DNA from: Candidatus Omnitrophota bacterium
GTDB lineage: Bacteria; Omnitrophota; Gorgyraeia; Gygaellales; Profunditerraquicolaceae
DNA: 38,302 nt
Reading direction: 5' to 3'
NCBI GenBank assembly: GCA_049517335.1
Contig: JBEKSD010000016.1
Span: forward strand, 1 to 38,302
In this document: piece by piece, positions 27,655 through 35,662 of the stretch
How positions within the stretch are numbered: position 1 is the stretch's first letter
Layout: the number at the start of each line of letters is the position of its first letter
The notes under the pieces: generated by a model
Told to the model about the DNA's origin: nothing
What the model saw: only the letters and a program-made list of their open reading frames with translations
Databases searched by the model: none
Made by a program: the position numbers and the translations under genes

Positions 27655-28107
27655 ATGAAAAAATACGTTTCTTTGTTAATTGTTTTGGCTTTTTCGTTTG
27701 CGGTATTCGGTTGTGAAACCAACAAGACGAGGGTTGCTGAAGGAGCCGGCATTGGCGGTGCTCTTGGCGCCATTGCAGGTGGCGTTATAGGTAATCAGAC
27801 CGGTAGCCCCGTAGGAGGCGCTTTAATCGGAGGCGCATTGGGTGCTGCAGGCGGTGCTGCAATTGGAGCTCAGATTAACAAACCGGGTGCAGCTACAACG
27901 GCACAGGCAGGTTCAACTCAACCTATGGCGCAGCTTAGTATGAATGAGATAGTTGAATTAACCAAGCAGGGCGTGGCAAGCGATAATATCATAGCGAAGA
28001 TTAGAGCCACGCATTCCACTTATTCCTTGACTCAGGATGATATCTCTTACCTTAGGAGGCAGGGAGTAAGCCAGCGCGTTATTGAAGAAATGCTCGCAGC
28101 TAAATAA
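27655..28107 (+). CDS. Glycine-zipper lipoprotein
   Basis: Lipobox VFGC (Cys21), GAGIGGALGAIAGGVIG...GALIGGALGAAGGAAIG zipper, small helical C-terminal domain. Confidence 0.85.
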   Translation: MKKYVSLLIVLAFSFAVFGCETNKTRVAEGAGIGGALGAIAGGVIGNQTGSPVGGALIGGALGAAGGAAIGAQINKPGAATTAQAGSTQPMAQLSMNEIVELTKQGVASDNIIAKIRATHSTYSLTQDDISYLRRQGVSQRVIEEMLAAK

Positions 28108-28129
28108 AGGTTATTTCGTAAGCATAAAT

Positions 28130-28171
28130 AAAATAAAAAACTCCGTAAGAAAATATGGAGTTTTTTATTTT
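28130..28171. terminator. Intrinsic terminator (potentially bidirectional)
   Basis: AAAATAAAAAACTCCGTA...TATGGAGTTTTTTATTTT inverted repeat after the lipoprotein stop. Confidence 0.7.
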
Positions 28172-28212
28172 CATTCACCTATATTTTATTTTTTAGGCTT
28201 TTAAGGATACAG

Positions 28213-28221
28213 TGGTATAAT
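28213..28221 (+). promoter_or_regulatory. Extended -10 promoter, probably leaderless transcript
   Basis: TGgTATAAT ending 6 nt before ATG 28228. Confidence 0.55.
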
Positions 28222-28227
28222 TAAAAC

Positions 28228-28620
28228 ATGGGGAAAACAGGCAAAAAGAATATTTTTTTCTTAATAACAGTACTCATAACGGCATTGTTTACAATATCGG
28301 TTATTCTATTTATTAATAGAGGGTTTATTATTGCTAAAGTGGTAGAAAAAACTTTCCTTAAAGCGGGCAAGCCCCTGAAATTCGGCGCCTACACTGTAAT
28401 TATTGACAGGGTAGAAGGGAACAAATTGTTCGGCATAAAAATGTCCGAGCACAACAGGAAATTAGAAGCAACGAACGGAGATTATAAATATTTGCCAGAA
28501 CAAAATTCCATTGAAATTAACTTGATTGATGGCATCGTTGAAGACAGCGGCGCGGAAAATTTATACCCGAAAAATAAGCTCACTTTTAAAAAATATCATA
28601 TGGTGTTTAAAATTAAATAG
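28228..28620 (+). CDS. Single-TM protein resembling the periplasmic beta-jellyroll of LptF/LptG
   Basis: One N-terminal TM, then FGAYTVIIDRVEGNKLFGIKM..KLEATNG...IEINLIDG...KLTFKKY, a strand pattern like LptF/G periplasmic domains (by eye). Confidence 0.5.
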   Translation: MGKTGKKNIFFLITVLITALFTISVILFINRGFIIAKVVEKTFLKAGKPLKFGAYTVIIDRVEGNKLFGIKMSEHNRKLEATNGDYKYLPEQNSIEINLIDGIVEDSGAENLYPKNKLTFKKYHMVFKIK

Positions 28621-28626
28621 AAAGTT

Positions 28627-28869
28627 ATGCTGGATAATAAAACGCAGGAAAAAAAGTATTTTAAAACAACCTTTTTGATAGTAGCATTCCTTCTTGTAGG
28701 TCCGTTTGCCTTGCCCCTAGTCTGGTTTAACCCCCGCTTAAATAAAAAAGTCAAGATACTGGTGACTGTTATTGTTATTGCTTTGAGTTATTGGCTGGGA
28801 ATTATGCTCCTTAATTCAATTAACTCCATCAGCAGGTACTACCAACAGTTAAATCAAATGACTTTTTAA
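28627..28869 (+). CDS. Small two-TM hypothetical membrane protein
   Basis: 80 aa; hydrophobic segments around VGPFALPLVWFNP. Confidence 0.65.
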   Translation: MLDNKTQEKKYFKTTFLIVAFLLVGPFALPLVWFNPRLNKKVKILVTVIVIALSYWLGIMLLNSINSISRYYQQLNQMTF

Positions 28870-28886
28870 CGTTCCGGCGTAAGTGG

Positions 28887-28915
28887 TTGACTTACCGTAA
28901 CTTTTAGGATAAAAT
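28887..28915 (+). promoter_or_regulatory. Sigma70-type promoter upstream of tRNA-Lys/archease/rtcB
   Basis: TTGACT-N17-TAAAAT, 23 nt before tRNA-Lys. Confidence 0.7.
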
Positions 28916-28938
28916 ATTACCCCTCAACTCATAAATTT

Positions 28939-29011
28939 GGGCCACTAGCTCAGCTGGTAGAGCAGGACACTCTTAATGTCAAGGTCGTAGGTTCGACTCC
29001 TACGTGGCCCA
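28939..29011 (+). tRNA. tRNA-Lys(CUU)
   Basis: GGGCCAC/GTGGCCC acceptor, GCTC/GAGC D stem, GACA-CTCTTAA-TGTC anticodon arm, GTAGG-TTCGACT-CCTAC. Confidence 0.95.
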
Positions 29012-29036
29012 CAAACGTCACAATATACTTTCTTTA

Positions 29037-29450
29037 GTGAAAAAATACGAGATATTAGAGCATACGGCAGACATCCGCATCCGTGTTTTTGGAAAGAGTT
29101 CAAGTGATTTATTTGTAAATAGCGCTTACGCAATGTTCGATATTCTCGCCGATAAAATACGCAGTGATAAACCGCAAATTAGAGCATTAATACTCCAAGA
29201 AGCTGAAGATATTGAAGAACTCTTTGTAAATTGGTTAAACGAGCTGCTCTCTCTTTCTGCTTCAAAAGAAGTTATATTCTCCGAATTCAAAATCAACAAG
29301 TTTGATAATACCGGCCTTGAGATTGAATGCCTCGGATCTCCCGTAGCTGCTTATAAAATCAATACTGAAATAAAAGCCGCAACTTACCATGGCCTTAAAA
29401 TAGAAAAAAGAGATAAGGGTTGGGAAGCAGAGGTAATTTTTGATGTCTGA
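29037..29450 (+). CDS. Archease (RtcB activator)
   Basis: YEILEHTADI, WLNELL, EIKAATYHGL, C-terminal FDV. Start moved to GTG 29037 because 29004 lies inside tRNA-Lys. Confidence 0.93.
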   Translation: MKKYEILEHTADIRIRVFGKSSSDLFVNSAYAMFDILADKIRSDKPQIRALILQEAEDIEELFVNWLNELLSLSASKEVIFSEFKINKFDNTGLEIECLGSPVAAYKINTEIKAATYHGLKIEKRDKGWEAEVIFDV

Positions 29451-30900
29451 AGAAGGAAAAATACTGTTGGAGAAAATAGACGATTACCGTTGGCGGATTC
29501 CTAAAGACTATAAAGCGGGGATGCGCGTGCCGGGAATCATTTATGCGGACGAAAAGCTATTAAAAGACATCTATAAAGATAAAGCCCTTGAGCAGGTGGC
29601 GAACGTGGCTTTTCTTCCGGGTGTAGTTAATGCCTCATTGGCTATGCCGGATATCCACTGGGGTTACGGCTTTTGTATAGGAGGGGTAGCGGCAACGGAT
29701 ATTGAAGCGGGTGGCGTTGTGTCTCCAGGGGGCGTAGGTTTTGACATCAACTGCGGGGTGCGCCTGATAAAAACGGATTTACAGTTTGAAGAGATAAAAG
29801 ATAAAGTCAAAGAATTGGTTTTCGCTTTATTTTCCGATGTGCCGGCAGGAGTCGGTTCAAAAGGCGATATCAGGGTTAGCCCGAGGGAAGAAAAAGAAAT
29901 TTTGGTTAAAGGTTCAACATGGGCAGTGGCAAAGGGTTATGGCGTGCCTGAGGATTTGGAATGCACGGAAGAAAACGGCGCCATTGCAGGGGCTGATCCT
30001 GATGTGGTTTCGGAAAGGGCGTATGAGAGAGGAAAGGCGCAGTCGGGCACGCTTGGTTCGGGGAATCATTTCTTAGAAGTCCAGGTAATTGACCAGCTTT
30101 ATGATGTCAAGCTTTGCGACGCCTTCGGCTTGAATTTAGGTCAGGTTATGATAATGATTCATTCCGGCTCGCGCGGGTTCGGTTATCAGGTTTGCGAGGA
30201 TAATTTGAGGACAATGGTGCATTGTCTGCAGAAATATAATATTCAGGTCCCTGACCGGCAGCTTGCCTGCGCTCCGGTAAACTCTCCCGAGGCAAAGCAA
30301 TACTTGGGGGCAATGAGGTGCGCGGCTAATTATGCCTGGGCAAACCGCCAGTGCCTGATGCACCTTGCGCGCCTGTCCTTTGAAAAGGTATTGGGCAAAT
30401 CCTGGCAAAAGTTAGGCATGCGCCTGATTTATGACGTCGCGCACAATATCGCCAAGATTGAAAAATATGACATAAACGACGAAGAAAAGAATCTTTGCGT
30501 GCATAGGAAAGGCGCGACCCGAGCCTTTCCGCCTGGGCATCCGTCGCTACCTGAAAGGTATAAAAGTACGGGCCAGCCGGTAATTATTCCGGGGGATATG
30601 GGCAGAAATTCTTATTTACTGGTCGGCACGGAAAAAGCGGTTGAAACGTTTTATTCAACCTGCCATGGCGCAGGCAGGGTTAAATCCCGCACTGCGGCGG
30701 CAAAATCCGTAAACCTAAATGTTTTGTTGAAGAATTTGGAATCCAAAGGTATAATTATAAAAGCGTCGGGACGCTCAACTATCGTTGAGGAGGCTCCCGA
30801 AGCGTACAAAGATGTGAATGATGTGGTAAATGTCGTGCATAGCGCGGGCATTTCAAAACGTGTCTGCAGGATGCGGCCTGTCGGTGTTGTTAAAGGCTAA
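29443..30900 (+). CDS. rtcB: RtcB RNA 2',3'-cyclic phosphate/5'-OH ligase (long, archaeal/eukaryote-like type)
   Basis: MPDIHWGYGF, GFDINCG, GSGNHFLE, HSGSRG, DVAHN, HRKGATR, PGDMG, CHGAGR, EEAPEAYK. Confidence 0.96.
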   Translation: MSEEGKILLEKIDDYRWRIPKDYKAGMRVPGIIYADEKLLKDIYKDKALEQVANVAFLPGVVNASLAMPDIHWGYGFCIGGVAATDIEAGGVVSPGGVGFDINCGVRLIKTDLQFEEIKDKVKELVFALFSDVPAGVGSKGDIRVSPREEKEILVKGSTWAVAKGYGVPEDLECTEENGAIAGADPDVVSERAYERGKAQSGTLGSGNHFLEVQVIDQLYDVKLCDAFGLNLGQVMIMIHSGSRGFGYQVCEDNLRTMVHCLQKYNIQVPDRQLACAPVNSPEAKQYLGAMRCAANYAWANRQCLMHLARLSFEKVLGKSWQKLGMRLIYDVAHNIAKIEKYDINDEEKNLCVHRKGATRAFPPGHPSLPERYKSTGQPVIIPGDMGRNSYLLVGTEKAVETFYSTCHGAGRVKSRTAAAKSVNLNVLLKNLESKGIIIKASGRSTIVEEAPEAYKDVNDVVNVVHSAGISKRVCRMRPVGVVKG

Positions 30901-30931
30901 ATAGGGACTTATCCCTAAGAAAGATATATAT

Positions 30932-32200
30932 ATGTTAGATAAAAAGTTTATCAGAGAGAATGTTGAGTTAGTAAAGCACTCGTTAATTGACCGTAACCTG
31001 CAATTTGATTTGGAGGGGTTTATCAGCCTGGATGAATCCCGGCGTAAACTCCTAACCGAAGTTGAGGATTTACGTTCACGGCAAAATAAAGCTAACGATC
31101 AGATCAGCGTTTTACTGAAAGAGAAGAAAGATGCCAAGCCCGTAATCGCATCTATGAAAGAGATTTCAGATAGGATCAAGGGTTTGGATGAAAAGTTAAA
31201 AGAAATCGACGCGGAATTAAATAAAAGGGCCCTTAATATCCCCAATATTCCGCACGCCTCAATTCCCCGCGGCGACGTAAATAAGAATAAAGTTGTGCGT
31301 TCATGGGGTGAAGTCCCTAAATTGGCTTTTAAGCCCAAGACTCATATTGAAATTGCTGGGAATTTGGATATTATTGATATCCCCCGGGCAACTAAGATTA
31401 CCGGCTCAAACTGGATACTCTATAAGGGCTGGGGAGCAAAATTAGAGAGGGCGCTGATTAACTTCATGCTTGATTTGCATACCAAAAAACATGGCTATAC
31501 GGAAATTTTTCCTCCTTTTTTGGTAAACCGTGCTTCTATGACCGGCACGGGCCAGCTTCCTAAACTGGAAGAGGATATGTACCGCCTGAAAGATGATGAC
31601 TTATTCCTTATCCCGACCGCGGAGGTTCCGTTAACGAATATCTTCCGTGATGAGGTCTTGGAAGAAAGCAGGCTTCCTGTTTATTATGCTGCTTATACTG
31701 CGTGTTTCAGGAGGGAGGCGGGTTCCTACGGAAAAGATACAAAAGGGCTGACCCGCGTGCATCAGTTTGATAAGGTTGAAATGGTAAAGTTCGTAAAACC
31801 GGAAGGTTCCTACGATGAATTGGAGAAACTAGTCGGTAATGCCGAAGAAGTATTGCAGTTATTGGGGCTGCCTTACAGGGTGGTCATGCTTGCTTCGCAG
31901 GATTTAAGTTTTGCCGCAAGCAAATGCTACGATTTAGAGGCATATGCTGTTGGCAGTGATAAATGGCTGGAGGTCTCCAGTTGTAGTAATTTTGAAAGTT
32001 TCCAGGCCCGCCGGGCCAACATTAAATATAGAAATACCGATACCAGGAAGGTTGATTTCCTGCATACATTAAACGGCTCAGGCATTGCTTTGGCGCGCAC
32101 AGTAATCGCAATACTGGAAAATTACCAGCAGAAAGACAGCACGGTGCTCATACCCGAAACCTTAAGGAGCTATCTCGATGGCCAGGAAAGAATATTCTAA
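30932..32200 (+). CDS. serS: Serine--tRNA ligase
   Basis: MLDKKFIREN, GTGQLPK, LIPTAEV, FRREAGSYGKDTKG..RVHQFDKVE, EVSSCSN, HTLNGSG. Confidence 0.97.
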   Translation: MLDKKFIRENVELVKHSLIDRNLQFDLEGFISLDESRRKLLTEVEDLRSRQNKANDQISVLLKEKKDAKPVIASMKEISDRIKGLDEKLKEIDAELNKRALNIPNIPHASIPRGDVNKNKVVRSWGEVPKLAFKPKTHIEIAGNLDIIDIPRATKITGSNWILYKGWGAKLERALINFMLDLHTKKHGYTEIFPPFLVNRASMTGTGQLPKLEEDMYRLKDDDLFLIPTAEVPLTNIFRDEVLEESRLPVYYAAYTACFRREAGSYGKDTKGLTRVHQFDKVEMVKFVKPEGSYDELEKLVGNAEEVLQLLGLPYRVVMLASQDLSFAASKCYDLEAYAVGSDKWLEVSSCSNFESFQARRANIKYRNTDTRKVDFLHTLNGSGIALARTVIAILENYQQKDSTVLIPETLRSYLDGQERIF

Positions 32201-32876
32201 ACTAAAAACTGAAGAAACGGATTTTAAGCCTCAAGCAGGAGGCGGCCAGGGAATACAGGCTAAGCTTTCCGGATTATATGGTAAATTATTCGGCGTAATT
32301 CAATTTATTTTAGGCGTATGCCTTTTACCGTTTGTTTATTCTTCGTCAGTTGCCTTTACTGGGCAATTTGGAGCAATTGATACCACTTTACAGAATTGCC
32401 TATGGTCGGGAGTAATTGCCTTCTTGATAATTTATCTTTTTATCTGGGAGCCCCTTCCGGTTTATACTAAGGGCCACCGAATACTCGAACTGATTTTTAA
32501 CTTTTTTAAGCCGTTAGTCAAAGTCGCTCCGTTTCTCCTGCCGGTTTACACTATTGTTTTATTTGTACTATACGGGATTTTATCAGCATTCATTAAAGAC
32601 GAACGGCTTATCCAAGCTGCGATGTTTTTATTCGGTTTTAGTATCATTCTTCATCTCGTATTTTCATCCAAGTCCATCCGTACTAAGAAGGGCGATTTCC
32701 TAAAAGGTAATTACATCTTTGGTTTTTCGTTTATTTATATTTTAAATTTATCCATTCTTGCCTTTGGTCTAAATCTTATTTTTAAGGCATTTTCTTTTGT
32801 GTATTTTTCTAACGCCACCTATTCAACGGCCAAAGATATTTTTTACGCAGTATTTAAGCAGCTATTCTTGAGATAA
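32178..32876 (+). CDS. Multi-pass membrane protein, possibly a degenerate peptidase M50B-like member
   Basis: About five TM helices; VYTKGHRILE and APFLLPVYT resemble VYxxGHExxH and APYFFPxYT of M50B-like proteins, but HExxH is broken. Overlaps the serS end. Confidence 0.6.
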   Translation: MARKEYSKLKTEETDFKPQAGGGQGIQAKLSGLYGKLFGVIQFILGVCLLPFVYSSSVAFTGQFGAIDTTLQNCLWSGVIAFLIIYLFIWEPLPVYTKGHRILELIFNFFKPLVKVAPFLLPVYTIVLFVLYGILSAFIKDERLIQAAMFLFGFSIILHLVFSSKSIRTKKGDFLKGNYIFGFSFIYILNLSILAFGLNLIFKAFSFVYFSNATYSTAKDIFYAVFKQLFLR

Positions 32877-32882
32877 ATTCCT

Positions 32883-32969
32883 GGTGGGGTGGCTGAGCGG
32901 TCGAAAGCGCTTGTCTTGAAAACAAGTGAGGGCGTAAGTCCTCCCTGGGTTCGAATCCCAGCTCCACCG
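32883..32969 (+). tRNA. tRNA-Ser(UGA)
   Basis: GGTGGGG/CTCCACC acceptor, CTTGT-CTTGAAA-ACAAG, long variable arm, G73. Confidence 0.95.
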
Positions 32970-32980
32970 ATTAAGTTTTT

Positions 32981-33070
32981 GGAGAGTTGGCAGAGCGGTT
33001 GAATGCGGCGGTCTCGAAAACCGTTGTCGCCGTAAGGTGACCGGAGGTTCAAATCCTCCACTCTCCGCCA
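32981..33070 (+). tRNA. tRNA-Ser(CGA), CCA encoded
   Basis: GGAGAGT/ACTCTCC acceptor, GCGGT-CTCGAAA-ACCGT, long variable arm, GCCA end. Confidence 0.95.
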
Positions 33071-33203
33071 ATGCACCCAATTCGAACCGTTGGTTCGTTC
33101 GCGGATCCCTTGGGTCTGATGCGACTGGGTCCGTAGTTTTTTCGCAACAAGCGAGGCAGCGAGTGCAGTGTCTTCATCTGCGACAAAATAAGGAAAGGCT
33201 ACT

Positions 33204-33557
33204 TTGTTTAGTGCAACCGGGCTTATAATAATTTCAGCGACGGTTTTTATTTACGGCTCTATTTGTATTTTGTGTTTAATATTGACTTTTTCAAGGACGA
33301 AATATCTGGAGATAGAAGCTATAGTAGCAAAAAGGATATTTCCGGGCCGGATCATTATTCCGGTGTTTAGCGTAAATATCAACTGGTTTAATGATTGGTT
33401 AGTATTTCACAATAAGATTACGGGTCCGATTCTAATTATGCTTTCCATTATAGACTTAAAATTATTTTTTTTGGTTTATCAGCAAACTTTAACTGATTCT
33501 TTTAAATTTTGGAGAGGTGCCGGAGCGGTCGAACGGGCATGTCTGGAGAACATGTGA
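33204..33557 (+). CDS. Hypothetical two-TM membrane protein; 3' end probably frameshifted
   Basis: TTG start after AAGGAAAGG; two hydrophobic segments. As read it runs 47 nt into tRNA-Ser(GGA); removing one T from the T8 run at 33465-33472 ends it at TAA 33490-33492. Confidence 0.55.
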   Translation: MFSATGLIIISATVFIYGSICILCLILTFSRTKYLEIEAIVAKRIFPGRIIIPVFSVNINWFNDWLVFHNKITGPILIMLSIIDLKLFFLVYQQTLTDSFKFWRGAGAVERACLENM

Positions 33558-33595
33558 CTCGCAAGGGTCCCTGGGTTCGAATCCCAGCCTCTCCG
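33511..33595 (+). tRNA. tRNA-Ser(GGA)
   Basis: GGAGAGG/CCTCTCC acceptor, CATGT-CTGGAGA-ACATG, variable arm GACTC-GCAA-GGGTC, G73. Confidence 0.94.
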
Positions 33596-33640
33596 TTTTA
33601 ATTTTTTTAATGAAAAATGTTTGGATGTAAAGGGAAGAAA

Positions 33641-34123
33641 ATGACTGAAGCCGGGATTGTAGCTAAGGATAAGGTGTCCAAGGAAATAATTATTTTGAGT
33701 ATTATCATTATTTTATATTCATTGCAGGGTATGCCAATTCTTAATTTTGATTCCTATGCCCTTGAGTTTCGTCCTTTACCGGAAAAATTAATTTTGCTTA
33801 GGTATGCTTTCTCTATAGCCCTAAGAATATTTTTGTTTATTACAGGTATAGGTATTTTATTTCGCAGGGAAATTTTCCGTAAATGTATTATATTCGCCAG
33901 TTTTTTTACCATTATTACTGTTTATTGGAAACACCCGGTCGTTGTTTTTAAAAGGGTTTTAATCTGGAGGATTGCGCAAGGAGTAGTCCCGGTTAGCATG
34001 ATACCGAAAATCAATATACTAGCTTGGAAAAGTGCCGCAATTTGCTACAGTATTGATATTATCATAGCTCTTGTCCTAATATATTTATTCACTCGTCCCA
34101 AAATAAAGGAGCAATTTAAGTAG
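33641..34123 (+). CDS. Hypothetical four-TM membrane protein
   Basis: AGGGA RBS before ATG 33641; four hydrophobic segments; ends FTRPKIKEQFK. Confidence 0.7.
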   Translation: MTEAGIVAKDKVSKEIIILSIIIILYSLQGMPILNFDSYALEFRPLPEKLILLRYAFSIALRIFLFITGIGILFRREIFRKCIIFASFFTIITVYWKHPVVVFKRVLIWRIAQGVVPVSMIPKINILAWKSAAICYSIDIIIALVLIYLFTRPKIKEQFK

Positions 34124-34174
34124 CCGGTAGACGCGCCGTTGGTTAGGGAAACGGGCACCTGCGAAAACAGAAAA

Positions 34175-35203
34175 ATGTTTAACCTAAAAGCGTTGGTTAT
34201 ATTGGGACTACTTCCGTTGCTGATCGGGGGAAATATGAAAGAGATACCTAAGTCGGAGAAAATAAAAATCTTTAATGCCGCAACCGGAAAAATTGAAGAG
34301 GTAGAAAAGGTATATAAGACCGATGAGGAGTGGAAGGAAATTCTCACCCCCGAACAATATCAGGTAACGAGGCTAAAAAGTACCGAGCAGCCGTTCAGCA
34401 AACAGTGCCCTATCCCGCCTAAGGGAAAGAAGGGAATTTATCAGTGTGTTTGCTGCGGCACTGATTTGTTTAAATACGAAACTAAATTTGAATCCGGAAC
34501 CGGCTGGCCGAGTTTTTGGGAGCCGGTTTCCGAATTAAATATCCGGCTGGTAGCAGATAAGAGTTTTGGCATGCAGCGGACAGAAGTTCTTTGCGCCCGC
34601 TGCGGAGCGCACTTAGGCCATGTGTTTAATGATGGGCCTCAGCCAAGCGGCAAACGCTATTGTATCAATACAGTGGCATTAAAACTGGCGTCAACACCTG
34701 CTGTGGTAAAGTTAGAGAAAGCGACTTTTGCTGCCGGATGCTTTTGGGGCGTTGAGGCGGCCTTTCGTGAACTAATCGGCAAGGGAGTGATTTCTGTGAC
34801 CTCAGGTTACACTGGAGGCCATTTTAAAAATCCTACCTATAAAGATGTTTGTTCGGGAAAAACCGGGCATGCCGAAGCAGTAGAGATTAGCTATGACCCG
34901 CAAAAGATATCTTACGCACAACTGCTTGATTTCTTCTGGAATATCCATGACCCTACAACTCTAGATAAGCAGGCCCCGGATCTAGGCGCCCAGTACCGCT
35001 CGGCAATATTTTTCCATACGCCTGAACAAAAAAAGTTGGCCGAGGCAGCAAAGCAAAAAGTAGAAAAATCCGGGAAATTTAAGAATAAAATCGTTACTGA
35101 GATTACTGCCGCAGGAGTTTTTTATCCGGCAGAAGAATACCATCAGGATTATTATCATAAGCACGGCATGAAGCCACTCTGCCGGATACCAAGACTAAAG
35201 TAA
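34175..35203 (+). CDS. msrAB: Methionine sulfoxide reductase MsrB-MsrA fusion with N-terminal hydrophobic leader
   Basis: MsrB: LTPEQY, KFESGTGWPSF, CARCGAHLGHVF.DGP.P.GKRYCIN. MsrA: AAGCFWGVE, GYTGG, TGHAEAV, QYRSAIF, AEEYHQDY. Confidence 0.94.
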   Translation: MFNLKALVILGLLPLLIGGNMKEIPKSEKIKIFNAATGKIEEVEKVYKTDEEWKEILTPEQYQVTRLKSTEQPFSKQCPIPPKGKKGIYQCVCCGTDLFKYETKFESGTGWPSFWEPVSELNIRLVADKSFGMQRTEVLCARCGAHLGHVFNDGPQPSGKRYCINTVALKLASTPAVVKLEKATFAAGCFWGVEAAFRELIGKGVISVTSGYTGGHFKNPTYKDVCSGKTGHAEAVEISYDPQKISYAQLLDFFWNIHDPTTLDKQAPDLGAQYRSAIFFHTPEQKKLAEAAKQKVEKSGKFKNKIVTEITAAGVFYPAEEYHQDYYHKHGMKPLCRIPRLK

Positions 35204-35219
35204 GTAAAGGAGCAGCTTA

Positions 35220-35585
35220 GTGAAGTTTTTAAAATTATGGCTTCCTGTTTTCATCTGGGCAGCTTTCATTTTTTTTCTTTCGGGCATCCCTGACTTAAAG
35301 ACGGGCTTTAAAGAAGATTTTATCTTGAGGAAAATCGCCCACATCGTTGAATATTCTATTCTTACTTTTCTCTTATACAGGGCATTCAAGGGTTCATTTA
35401 AGATGAATGTTTCCCGCCTCTATATTTATCCGTCTGCCCTAGCGTTTCTTTATGCTTTATCCGATGAATTCCATCAGTCATTTGTCCCGGGAAGAAGCTG
35501 CGCGATGCGGGACGTCTTAATTGATACTTTGGGTATCATTGGTTTTTATATCTTCATTCTCCGTTTTAGTATAAAAAAGTCATAA
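35220..35585 (+). CDS. VanZ-like membrane protein
   Basis: WAAFIFFLS, RKIAHIVEY..L, YALSDEFHQSFVPGR...DVLID. Confidence 0.9.
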   Translation: MKFLKLWLPVFIWAAFIFFLSGIPDLKTGFKEDFILRKIAHIVEYSILTFLLYRAFKGSFKMNVSRLYIYPSALAFLYALSDEFHQSFVPGRSCAMRDVLIDTLGIIGFYIFILRFSIKKS

Positions 35586-35662
35586 AAAAGTGCATTGAGC
35601 CTGTTTACTTATTTAAGCTTAGGTACATAATAATTTCACTCAAAAAAAAGAGGATAGACAGT

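Noticed and set aside
29004-29036. N-terminal extension of archease in the ORF track
   Set aside because: That start lies inside tRNA-Lys; family similarity begins at KKYEILEHTAD.
30902-30917. TAGGGA/TCCCTA hairpin between rtcB and serS as a terminator
   Set aside because: Only a 6-bp stem with no U tract; it may be a processing site or tiny repeat, but that cannot be supported.
32843-33228. Short ORFs 32843-33076, 32862-33080, 33037-33228 (also 12780-13046 and 28945-29133)
   Set aside because: They are shadows of tRNA genes.
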